The notes: generated by a model not told the origin, from the letters alone. Shown: positions 37,829 through 46,569, counted from the stretch's first letter. The stretch is DNA of 64,000 nucleotides from Chloroflexota bacterium (GCA_043754535.1 JAYUUN010000048.1:1-64000); one strand, 5' to 3'. Numbers and translations: made by a program.

Positions 37829-39829
37829 CTAGGTGGCTACGTTCGTCACCTGGATACCGTGCTGCTGCAACCAGCCCAGTTCTACCTGGAAGTCGCTGTA
37901 GCCTTCGGTGTTCAGCAGGCTGCGTGGGCGCACAGCACCGAGGATGTAGCCGCTCATCGTGATGCGCTTGCCCGCTTCCAACTTGTTGGCGATCCCTGCC
38001 CCAAAACTCAGGTGGCTAGGCGGCTGATAGTTCTCGGTGCAGATGTCGCGGTTGTAGACGAAGCCGCCGCCCACCGTCAACTCCCGCGCCCAAGTGACGA
38101 ACGGCCCCTTGAATGAGCCGAGCATCAGCGGTTCGCCAGCCGTGATTTTCTCGAAGCCGCGAGCCGACCAGTTGATCGAAACCTGGATCGCCACGCGTAT
38201 CGCCTCCTGCACCTGGTTTACGTCCTGGCCTGCCCGGCGGGCAAACTCGCGCATCATCGGTGCAGCAAAGTAGTAAAACTTGCCGTCGCTACCCCGATTG
38301 GCGAAGGGCGGCACCTCCATGCAGACGAAGCAGCTACGCGAGTTGATGTTCAGGATGCTCAGACCCATCGTGCCATAGTTGAGCTTCAACGCCTCCTCGA
38401 CGTGCTGGCGGTCGCGGCGTAGCTGTTGGATCACTGGCTGGTTTGTCACCCCTTCACGGCGCAGCGACTCGCCCAGGCGGGTGTTGTAGTGGCCGAGGAA
38501 CTCTGCGAGGGAGGCGTAAGGGCGTAGGCTCAGGCCACGGCCACCAACCTGCACGTCGGGGCGGGCCGCAGCGGCAACCGGCTGCATGGCATAGATTACA
38601 CCCTCGACCACCGCGAAGTCGGTCAGGCCCAGCATCCGCTCGACGATGCTAAGGTCGCTCACCTGGGGGGCAGCCGAGACGATCCCCTGCGGCTGGCTCA
38701 AGCCACGCTGCTGCTCTCGTGGCTGCACCCGCCCACCACTGGCCTCTCCACTTCGAACGAGGGCAGTAGAGGGATTGGGGCTGGCGGCGGGTGGAGGGTC
38801 TGGGCGGCTCTGCTGCCCATCTCCCCCGGCGGGGGGGTTGACCGGGCGGCTTAGCGGGCGGCTCTGCTGGGTCGCCAGGGTGGAGGCTAGTTGACTAGTG
38901 CGGGTAGTGGTCGTGTGCCGCAGCAGGCGGGCGAAGTTGCGCTCGTAGCCCTGCGTGCCTGCACCACCCCTACCGCTCTCTGGCGGCGTGGCTGGCTGCT
39001 CGCTGCTGCCCGCGTATTGCTCAAGCACCTGATCTTGCAAGCCTGAGTATACGCCAGCACTGCCATTGCCGAGGTCGGCGGGGGCGGTGTCGCGCACTGC
39101 TGGCTGCTCATAATCGGCGGGGCGGGCGCGTTCCTCCTGAGCATCGGCATGGTCTGGCGAGCCTACTTGCGGGTGGCTGACGGTCGGCTCCGCGCTGCGA
39201 CCGGCTGCACTGTCGTGGCGCAGAAGATCGCGTAGGATGCGGGTACTATCGCTTGCGCGCACCTGCGGGGGCCGGCTATCGTCTTCATCTGGGGGGTCAG
39301 GGCGGGGCCGTCTGTGGCGCACCCGCTCCGTGTCCTGATCATCACCATCATCATCGTGGCGCGCTCGCTCTGTCGCTGCTGCCTGACCCGGCTGCGCCAC
39401 CCGGCTGGCCCGCCTGCCCAGTAGCCGATTGAGGGTGCGCTGCGAGGTGGCGAAGGCGGGGAAGATTTCGTCGGTCACGAACCGCTTGAGGGCGACGGAT
39501 AGTATCTCGTCCTGCAAGTCGGCACTAACCATCTGCCCGCCGAGGGTAGCGAGGTAGTCCTGCTGGTACTGCTGCAAGGCTGGCTGCAAGCTGCGCCCAT
39601 TGAAGTAGCGTTGCTCCAGTGCCGCTAGTCGCTCCATCGGTTCGAGGGCAAAGACCAGCCCGCTGAGACGCACACTGGCCTGTCCATAATGCTCAAGCTG
39701 CTCTGGCGAGGGCGCGACCAGGGGGGTGTAGACCCGCCCGCGGTAGACCACCACGATCCCCCCCTCGGTCATCACCTCAAAGTAGCTGCGGGGCAGCGCA
39801 AGCCGCTGCGGTACCATTGCGATTGCCAT
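37829..39829 (-). CDS. Large hypothetical protein with a putative C-terminal E2/UBC-like domain
   Basis: Start probably ATG 39829; duplicated small domain, disordered middle, C-terminal P..GPFV..DIC..helix pattern. Confidence 0.6.
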   Translation of the reverse strand: MAIAMVPQRLALPRSYFEVMTEGGIVVVYRGRVYTPLVAPSPEQLEHYGQASVRLSGLVFALEPMERLAALEQRYFNGRSLQPALQQYQQDYLATLGGQMVSADLQDEILSVALKRFVTDEIFPAFATSQRTLNRLLGRRASRVAQPGQAAATERARHDDDGDDQDTERVRHRRPRPDPPDEDDSRPPQVRASDSTRILRDLLRHDSAAGRSAEPTVSHPQVGSPDHADAQEERARPADYEQPAVRDTAPADLGNGSAGVYSGLQDQVLEQYAGSSEQPATPPESGRGGAGTQGYERNFARLLRHTTTTRTSQLASTLATQQSRPLSRPVNPPAGGDGQQSRPDPPPAASPNPSTALVRSGEASGGRVQPREQQRGLSQPQGIVSAAPQVSDLSIVERMLGLTDFAVVEGVIYAMQPVAAAARPDVQVGGRGLSLRPYASLAEFLGHYNTRLGESLRREGVTNQPVIQQLRRDRQHVEEALKLNYGTMGLSILNINSRSCFVCMEVPPFANRGSDGKFYYFAAPMMREFARRAGQDVNQVQEAIRVAIQVSINWSARGFEKITAGEPLMLGSFKGPFVTWARELTVGGGFVYNRDICTENYQPPSHLSFGAGIANKLEAGKRITMSGYILGAVRPRSLLNTEGYSDFQVELGWLQQHGIQVTNVAT

Positions 39830-39921
39830 TGTCTGCACACCCTGGTCTAATGAGAAGAACGGCAGGCAGCAGGGCCAGCGTGCGCCCAGCCACCTGCTAC
39901 CTGCTGCCCTTCGTGGAGTTA

Positions 39922-40512
39922 TCAGCCACCCTTCTCCTGGTCGGCAAACTCGACATGGCAGAGGTAGAGTTGCCGCTGCTCGCCAGTCGTCTTGTTGGTC
40001 AGCACGACGTGGAGGAAGTAGTTTTTGACGGGTGCGCGCAGGTTGGTGATCGGCATGGTGCGAACCTGTCCATAGCTGCCGAGGGTGCGCTGCATCGGAG
40101 CCTGACCACCAACAATCGGACACATGGCGTAGACGAGGCCATCCTGCTCGCGGCCAGAACTAAGCGGTGGGCGCAGGTGACCATCACGGCCACTGAGCTT
40201 GTCGCGCACGCTGAGGAACAGGGCGCGATTGTCCTCATCCTCTGCCGAAGCGATTCGGTTGGGGTTCATGTCGATCACATAGCGGCGCAGGATGTTCTCA
40301 ACCGAATCCTCCAAATCCTGGCGGCTGATCGTAAAGAGGTATTCCTCCGCCCCCGCCGGGCCAACGCCAACCGTGTAGTCGGCCTCCGGCCCGATCCGCT
40401 CAAAGAAGTTCGGCTGACCGGCATACTGCTCCTGCTCAACATACCAATCCAGGGTAATACCACTGGCGGATGGCTGGGGGGCTGGGCCGTAGCCCATCGG
40501 CTGATTGATCAC
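39922..40512 (-). CDS. Hypothetical protein ending in Gly-Gly (candidate ubiquitin-like modifier)
   Basis: AGGAGG RBS; C-terminal strand LYLCHVEF followed by ADQEKGG-stop-stop. Confidence 0.6.
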   Translation of the reverse strand: MINQPMGYGPAPQPSASGITLDWYVEQEQYAGQPNFFERIGPEADYTVGVGPAGAEEYLFTISRQDLEDSVENILRRYVIDMNPNRIASAEDEDNRALFLSVRDKLSGRDGHLRPPLSSGREQDGLVYAMCPIVGGQAPMQRTLGSYGQVRTMPITNLRAPVKNYFLHVVLTNKTTGEQRQLYLCHVEFADQEKGG

Positions 40513-40622
40513 GTTCCGCTCTACCTCCTGCGTGTCGCCACGCTCTAACGCTGCACATTCGGCTAGCCCCGCTGGGCTTGTTACTTATCACACTATTACA
40601 TACGTATGAACAGGCCAGAAGG

Positions 40623-41054
40623 TTACTGCAAAGCCTTCTCGATAGCAGCGGTGAAGCGTTGTTCGTCGGTGCCGCCGATGATCTGGTCTGCTTGCTGACC
40701 CTGGGCGTTGACGCTGATGAAGGTGGGGTGAACCTGCACGTTGAATTGCTTGACCACAGCCTCGTTCTGGCTCTCGTACATATCAATACTCTCGAAACTG
40801 ACTCGATCCTGGTACTTCGGCTTTAGCCCATCCACGATGGGCTTCATTCGCGCGCAGATGCTTCACCCCTTCGCGTCGAAGGAGAGGAAACGGGCCTTCT
40901 GAGCGACGGGTTTGGCCGCCGTTCCCCCAGTCGCCTGGGTCGGCTGCACGGTAGCACTAGCAGCGGGAGCTACTGATTGCTCAGTGCCACAGGCAGCCAG
41001 CAGCGGCAGCAGCACGACCAGCAGCAACCCCACCAACCAACGGTTCTTGCTCAT
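40623..41054 (-). CDS. Thioredoxin-family lipoprotein, selenocysteine-containing (UxxC)
   Basis: ORFs 40863-41072 and 40623-40847 are in frame, joined by TGA (40863-40865): FDAKG-U-SIC-ARMKPIVDGL; LAAC lipobox; cis-Pro loop VHPTF. Confidence 0.85.
40825..40843 (-). promoter_or_regulatory. Bacterial SECIS-like hairpin
   Basis: AGCCCATC-GTG-GATGGGCT beginning about 19 nt 3' of the UGA. Confidence 0.6.
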
Positions 41055-41058
41055 CTTT

Positions 41059-41967
41059 TTACCTTTCATCATAATCTGTGATCGCTAACCCATTATATAT
41101 GAAGGTCGGCTCGTAGTACAAGCGGGTGCGCCCATTGCGGCTGCGTTCTAGCAGCATCGCCTGCAAGTTGCGGTTCTTCTCGGCCAGCGGCAGGTCGTCG
41201 CTGAGCAAGCTGAGCGGAAGATGTACATCCAATGCGCGCACCGGCAGCAGGTAGCGGGTAACCCCGCTGGGCAGCAGCGTAGCAGCGAGAGCCATCTGCG
41301 CCACCTCCTGCGGGGTGTAGATCGGGAACGCAACAAGAGTGCCACCCTCATTCTGGCTGCGGCGGCCCGAAACGTGGGCTAGGATAGCCGCATCCTCCGC
41401 CCCCGGCCAGCTATCCACCTCGTCGCTGCTGATGCGGTGGACAGGCGGCCCACCAGCGAACTTGTAGGCATGGACAAGCTCGTTCAGCACCTGCGCCTGT
41501 TCGCCCAGGTCGCTGCTAGCATACAGCACATGAGCGACACCACCTTCATCACTGCCACGCAGGTAGGCAGCCACAGCGCGCGCGGCCAGCAAGCGATCCG
41601 CCTCAGCCACGCTTACCTGCTCCACTCGCAGGCCTAGTGGGCGGCAACGGGCCAGCAGATCACCCAGGGCTAGCTGGTGGACGACGTGGTACCAGGCCGA
41701 GAGCCGCATGGCCGGGTCGAGGTAGTCCACCACCTGCACCAGAGTGTGTTCCAGCCCCAGGTGGCGCAGGGCCATCAGGCGGTTGGTGCCGTCCAGTTCG
41801 ATCAGTTGCTCCATCCCCGGTAGGCGGCCAGCAATCGGCGGGTCCTTCAACACGCCGTCTACGGCCAGGCGCGCAGCCAGGCGGCTGACGCGACCTTCGT
41901 CGTACTCCTCGTGCAGGATCACCATCGCTTGCGGGACGATTTGCAGTAGCGGCGTTGGTACGCGCAT
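41059..41967 (-). CDS. ParB/Srx N-terminal domain protein (SbnI/SerK-like)
   Basis: ILHEEYD..RL..DGVLKDPPI..LDGTNRL.AL..LG..VQVVDY; LLPSGVTRY; GAGGAGG RBS before ATG 41967. Confidence 0.7.
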   Translation of the reverse strand: MRVPTPLLQIVPQAMVILHEEYDEGRVSRLAARLAVDGVLKDPPIAGRLPGMEQLIELDGTNRLMALRHLGLEHTLVQVVDYLDPAMRLSAWYHVVHQLALGDLLARCRPLGLRVEQVSVAEADRLLAARAVAAYLRGSDEGGVAHVLYASSDLGEQAQVLNELVHAYKFAGGPPVHRISSDEVDSWPGAEDAAILAHVSGRRSQNEGGTLVAFPIYTPQEVAQMALAATLLPSGVTRYLLPVRALDVHLPLSLLSDDLPLAEKNRNLQAMLLERSRNGRTRLYYEPTFIYNGLAITDYDER

Positions 41968-42019
41968 CGTTCCCCTCCTCACTGTGTAGCAGGCCGCCCA
42001 GCGGCGAACTTTGCGCCTA

Positions 42020-42631
42020 TTATAGCATACCACCCTGCTCCTGCGCCATACTCGCTCCCGGGCGCAGCAGGCCTGCCAGGGCGGTGCGGCGGTGGACACC
42101 CAACTTGAGGTAGGAGTTTCGCAGATGAACGGCGGCGGTCTGGGTGCCAATCGTCAGGCGGGCAGCGATTTCGGCGTTAGACAGCCCCTGGGCGGCTAGC
42201 AGCACCACCTCAGCCTCGCGCCTGCTCAAGCCATTCTGCTGCAAGTGGTCGAGTTGCAAGCTGCTAGGGTCGCCAGCGGGCCGCAGGCGCAGCAACCAGC
42301 TAACCTCGGAGGGCTGGCCGCTGCTCTGGCTGAGGTAGAGGCGGCTGGCCTGACATTGCCACTCGCCGCCGTGCTGCCGCTCCTCCAGATAGATCAGCAG
42401 GTTAACCTCGCTGACCACCGCTCCTTTGAGGGCTAGCGGCAACATCTGCACCAACTGGGCAAGCAAACGGCTGGATGCGGGGTCTACCAACCAGGCCGCT
42501 GCCCGATTGTAGTAGAGCGGCTTCACCACCGTGTCGCTGATCAGCAGGGTTGGGTCGCTACTTTCGTCGAGCAGAACAAACAGCAGGCTGGCCTCCATCG
42601 TGAGGCAGTCCGCGAGATACAGTTGGTCCAA
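42020..42631 (-). CDS. LuxR-family HTH regulator with a PAS-like N-terminus, no receiver domain
   Basis: LSRREAEVVLLAAQGLSNAEIAARLTIGTQT..HLRNSYLKLGV; AGGAGG before TTG 42631. Confidence 0.85.
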   Translation of the reverse strand: MDQLYLADCLTMEASLLFVLLDESSDPTLLISDTVVKPLYYNRAAAWLVDPASSRLLAQLVQMLPLALKGAVVSEVNLLIYLEERQHGGEWQCQASRLYLSQSSGQPSEVSWLLRLRPAGDPSSLQLDHLQQNGLSRREAEVVLLAAQGLSNAEIAARLTIGTQTAAVHLRNSYLKLGVHRRTALAGLLRPGASMAQEQGGML

Positions 42632-42922
42632 GGTGATCCTCCTAGTAGCTTTATGTGGCAGCAACCCAGTTCCCGCCCTGCTTGAACTAAGGAATTGAGC
42701 TATGCCGAATCTCAATTTACTCCGTTGCCTGACTTTGCACGGCGCAAAACAGTAGTTGATCGGTGGCTTGCTAGGTGCGCGATGCAGACTGCTCCGCACC
42801 TGCGCCTAATAGCTAGTAGTCACCTATAGACCGTCTACGTCATTATAGCACTTCATCCTTTAGTATGGATCGGGCTGTTTTGGCTTTGCCAATGCCCTGG
42901 CCCTGTAAAATCCGGGGCAAAG

Positions 42923-42968
42923 ATACCTAAAACAAGGTATTCCCCTCTGCCATGATCTGCTTTATAAT
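42923..42968 (+). promoter_or_regulatory. Inverted repeat ATACCT-N6-AGGTAT upstream of TATAAT
   Basis: IR at 42923-42940; -10 at 42963-42968; no good -35. Confidence 0.5.
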
Positions 42969-43027
42969 TGAAAAGCCCCAACGTGGGGCAGAGAGATTAC
43001 CAGGTGTTTAGTGAAAGGGAGATGTAG

Positions 43028-44794
43028 ATGAAGTACAATCGTATCGTCGCGCTGGCAGTTGCTGCGCTCGCGGTCGTAATCGTCCTCAGCCAGGCCGTCG
43101 GCGTAGGCGCACAGGCAGGCAGCGGGGATCAGCAGGCCCAAGTAGGCCGCCAGCAGGCAGCCGCCGCTAGCAACGTGCAGGTCTCTGCCGCGCCGGTCAA
43201 GCAGGGCAAGGCTGGCCCCCAGGTAGTAACCAGTGTAGCCCCCTACAAGCTCGCGGTGCAGGGTCGCCTGACCAACGCGGTGGGCGCACCAATTGTGGTT
43301 GCCACCAACGTCACCTTCAACCTCTACAGTGTGGCTACGGCTGGCGCCGCCTTCTTCACCGAAGGCCCAGTCAGCGTTACCCCCGACGCGAATGGCCTCT
43401 TTACCTACCAGCTTGGCACCGCCAGCCCCATTGATAACAACATCGTTGACAGTTATCTGGGGAATACTGCCTACCTGGGCATCACCGTCGGGGCGGACAC
43501 AGAGATGACCCCCCGCTTCCTGCTCACTGGCTCTCCCTATGCTATGGGTCTGGCTGCTGGTTCAGCCGCTGTCGGCGCGGTCGAGCAGTCTTCCATCTCT
43601 TACTACGGCACGATCAATGGGGTCAATGTCACCACCGACACCAACCGCTACAACAGCGGCGTGTACGGTCGAGGCAACCTCGGCTTCTATGGCTACAGCA
43701 ACGGCGGTGCTGGCGTTTACGGCCAGTCTGTTGGCGGCAATGTCAACCAGCAGAGCGTTGGCGTGATCGGCGAGAGCTTTGGTACCTTCGGCTTCGGCGG
43801 CACCTTCACTGGCACGATCGGTGTGCAGAGTAAGGGTGCTACGGCGGGCGGCTATGGCGGCTACTTCACTGGCGGCACCGACAGCAGCTCCTATGGTGGC
43901 GTGCGGGCCTTCGGGGCCAGTGGCATCTGGGCTTCGTCCACCGCTACTGGCAGCAGCAACTCCTTCGGTGGCTACTTCGACACTGGCTACACCAGCAACT
44001 CCACTGGTTTCGCGGCTGCCGTCTACGGCACTGCCAACAAAGGCTGGGGCGTGTATGGCGAGTCCGCTGGTGGCACCGCCACCCAGGGTAGCTACGGCGT
44101 GGTGGGTGTCGCTACTGGAGGCAGTGGTACTAACCCTGTCGCAGGTGTCTTCACCTCGACCGGTACCGGTCTGGTCGTCACCGCAACACGGGCCAGCGTC
44201 TTTGGCAAGCCAACCAGCGCCTCTCGCTTCTCCTTCACCGACGACGGCATAGACGTGTACCACACCAACAGCGATGGCATCTACGTAATCAACAACAATG
44301 CCGTACCAGCTAACGTGCGCGGCCTCAACACCAACGGGCGTGTGCTTGCGGCCAACGTTACCGCCGCCAACTATGCGATGGAGCTTCAGTACCATGGCAG
44401 CGAGACCCTGCAAGCGGGCGACGTGCTGGCTCTGGACGGCGACAACAAGCTGATCGAAGGCAACAATGTCCTCGGCGCAGTCAAGGCGACGGCGGAGAAC
44501 GCTGGCGCAGCTATTGGCGTGATCGAGCATCGGCTGAGCAAGCAAGGCCTGGAAGCGGGCAAGCTCGGCTGGAACGTTGACGCAACTGGCAGCATCAAGA
44601 GCGGCGACATGGTAAGCGTGATCGTCCTCGGCCAGGCGCAGATGAAGGTCGGCAATGCCGCCATCGGCGACCGCCTGACCATCGGCGCGAACGGCCTGAC
44701 CGTGAGCAAGGATGCCTCCGCCTTCACCATCGGCAAGGTCGCCAGCAAGCCAGACGCTAGCGGCAACACCACCGTCTTCGTCAACTTCAAGTAG
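43028..44794 (+). CDS. Secreted fibre-like protein (GVYG beta-repeats; C-terminal peptidase G2/intramolecular-chaperone-like domain)
   Basis: Signal peptide; QGRLTNA.G.P..FNLY N-domain; GVYG/GGYF repeats; LQAGDVL..AIGVI..VLGQAQMKV..IGDRL..IGKV C-domain. Confidence 0.6.
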   Translation: MKYNRIVALAVAALAVVIVLSQAVGVGAQAGSGDQQAQVGRQQAAAASNVQVSAAPVKQGKAGPQVVTSVAPYKLAVQGRLTNAVGAPIVVATNVTFNLYSVATAGAAFFTEGPVSVTPDANGLFTYQLGTASPIDNNIVDSYLGNTAYLGITVGADTEMTPRFLLTGSPYAMGLAAGSAAVGAVEQSSISYYGTINGVNVTTDTNRYNSGVYGRGNLGFYGYSNGGAGVYGQSVGGNVNQQSVGVIGESFGTFGFGGTFTGTIGVQSKGATAGGYGGYFTGGTDSSSYGGVRAFGASGIWASSTATGSSNSFGGYFDTGYTSNSTGFAAAVYGTANKGWGVYGESAGGTATQGSYGVVGVATGGSGTNPVAGVFTSTGTGLVVTATRASVFGKPTSASRFSFTDDGIDVYHTNSDGIYVINNNAVPANVRGLNTNGRVLAANVTAANYAMELQYHGSETLQAGDVLALDGDNKLIEGNNVLGAVKATAENAGAAIGVIEHRLSKQGLEAGKLGWNVDATGSIKSGDMVSVIVLGQAQMKVGNAAIGDRLTIGANGLTVSKDASAFTIGKVASKPDASGNTTVFVNFK

Positions 44795-44823
44795 CTCGCC
44801 CCAGCGCAAGAAAGGAAAGTGCG

Positions 44824-46146
44824 ATGCGAAACACACGCACCCGTGGTCGCCCGCTGGGAGCCAGCCTGCTCGGAGTAGTGATGACCCTAGTCGTGGTCGG
44901 TTCGGTACTAGCAGCTAGCTCTGCCAACTTCGCCATCAACTGGTCGCAGACGGGGGCTGGCGGCGGCGAGGGTCGCAGTTCGGCCAGCTACCGCCTGAGC
45001 AGCTTCACCGTCGGCCAGGCCGTCGCGGGTAACGCCAGCAGTGCCAACTTCCGGGCTGCAATGGGCTACCAGCAGGTCAACGCCGCCAACGGCGCGGGAG
45101 CCACCCAGACCGCAGTAGCCGGGGCCACCCAGACCGCAGTAGCCGGAGCAACCCAGACCGCAGCAGTCGGGGCAACCGGCACCGCAGTGGCAGCCACCCA
45201 GACCGCAGTAGCTGGGGCTAATCCTGCCACCCAGACGGCAGTAGCCGCCACCGCAACGGCTGCCTCTGGCACCGCAGTGGCACAGACAGCTACTTCGGTA
45301 GCCCAGACCGCCACCGCCGCCGTGCCTACCAACACCCCTGGTGGTAGCCCAACCGCCACCGCCACCCAGTGCAGTATCACATTCACTGACGTGCCAACCA
45401 CTAACATCTTCTACGGCGACATCACCTACCTGGCCTGTCGCGGTATCGTCAACGGCACCGGCGGCGGCAACTTCAGCCCCAACGCCAACACCAGCCGCGG
45501 CCAGTTTGCCAAGATCGCTGCGCTCGGCTTCGGGATCGCCCCCTTCACCCCGGCTAGCGGCCAGAGCTTCAGCGATGTACCGCCCGGCTACATCTTCTAC
45601 ACCTTCATCGAAACCGCCTTCCACGCAACCGTGGTTAACGGCCTGACTACTACCCAGTGCAACAACCTGGGCGTGATGCCGCCTTGCTACGGCCCGAACG
45701 TCAACATCACGCGAGCGCAGGTCGCTGCTATCGTGCAGCGGGCGCGCAACTACACCGTCGTCACCCCAGCTGGTGGCGCGCAGACCTTCACCGACGTGCC
45801 AACCAGTAACTTCGCCTTCAACGCGGTGGAGACGCTGGCTAGCCGCAATATCATCAACGGCGCAGCCTGCGCTGGCGGTGGTGGCCTCTGCTTCCGCCCG
45901 AACGACAACATCAAGCGGGGCGAGCTGTCGAAGGTCGTACGCCGCGCCATCGAATCGCTACCCTTAGCCACAGCAAACGAAGCCCCCTCCTCCGCAAGGG
46001 AGAGGGGGCTTTTGTTGTTGCCGCTCAAGTCTTTAGCGCACCATCGCCTGCTCAATCGCCGCCGTCATCGCCGCAAAGTCGCGTTCGCCCGCATAACGTT
46101 GACCGTTGATAAAGAAGGTGGGGGTGCCATTCACCCCAGCGCGTAG
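44824..46146 (+). CDS. SLH-domain surface protein; natural end probably about 45967 (apparent +1 frameshift at the stop)
   Basis: WSQTGAGGG..SASYRL..TVGQ N-motif; ATQTAVAG repeats; SLH domain; ORF runs through a terminator and into the opposite-strand gene. Confidence 0.75.
   Translation: MRNTRTRGRPLGASLLGVVMTLVVVGSVLAASSANFAINWSQTGAGGGEGRSSASYRLSSFTVGQAVAGNASSANFRAAMGYQQVNAANGAGATQTAVAGATQTAVAGATQTAAVGATGTAVAATQTAVAGANPATQTAVAATATAASGTAVAQTATSVAQTATAAVPTNTPGGSPTATATQCSITFTDVPTTNIFYGDITYLACRGIVNGTGGGNFSPNANTSRGQFAKIAALGFGIAPFTPASGQSFSDVPPGYIFYTFIETAFHATVVNGLTTTQCNNLGVMPPCYGPNVNITRAQVAAIVQRARNYTVVTPAGGAQTFTDVPTSNFAFNAVETLASRNIINGAACAGGGGLCFRPNDNIKRGELSKVVRRAIESLPLATANEAPSSARERGLLLLPLKSLAHHRLLNRRRHRRKVAFARITLTVDKEGGGAIHPSA
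45098..45315 (+). repeat. 24-bp coding tandem repeat (ATQTAVAG)
   Basis: GCCACCCAGACCGCAGTAGCCGGx repeated with degenerate copies. Confidence 0.85.
45980..46016 (+). terminator. Rho-independent terminator
   Basis: AAGCCCCCTC..GAGGGGGCTT followed by TTGTTG. Confidence 0.8.
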
Positions 46147-46569
46147 CCCTGCTCGGAAGCCATCCTTGATCGGCTGGGTGTAGCGGCCATCAGCCAGGGC
46201 TGCATCAAACGCTGCCAGGTCGAGACCAAGCTCACCTGCATAGCGGTCGAGGTCAGCCCGCTCCAGGTGCTGCTGGTTCTCGTACAGCTTGTGGAACAGC
46301 GGCCAGAACGCACCTTGCGCCGCAGCCGCCTCGCTTGCTTCAGCAGCTAGCTGGGCATGGGGGTGTGCGCTGGGGATCGGGAAGTGGCGGAAGACGAAGC
46401 GCAGGCGGTCGCCAAAGTGGGCGCGCACACGCTCAACAACCGGGTGCGCCTCACCGCAAAGTTGGCACTCAAGGTCGCCATACTCCACCATCGTCACTGG
46501 CGCATCCTGCGGGCCGAGGCTGTGGTCGGCCTCCGTCACAGGCGGCAGCGGGCGGGCAGTAAGGCTCAT
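46033..46569 (-). CDS. DsbA-family oxidoreductase (Thioredoxin_4)
   Basis: EYGDLECQLCG, FRHFP, GVNGTPTFFING. Confidence 0.9.
   Translation of the reverse strand: MSLTARPLPPVTEADHSLGPQDAPVTMVEYGDLECQLCGEAHPVVERVRAHFGDRLRFVFRHFPIPSAHPHAQLAAEASEAAAAQGAFWPLFHKLYENQQHLERADLDRYAGELGLDLAAFDAALADGRYTQPIKDGFRAGLRAGVNGTPTFFINGQRYAGERDFAAMTAAIEQAMVR

Noticed and set aside
39830..40123. N-terminal extension of the 764-aa ORF
   Set aside because: It overlaps the GG-ending gene in another frame and has non-protein-like composition; ATG 39829 is more plausible
45098..45315. Regular repeats considered as a CRISPR array (also 49260-49400)
   Set aside because: In-frame coding repeats without unique spacers; no cas genes
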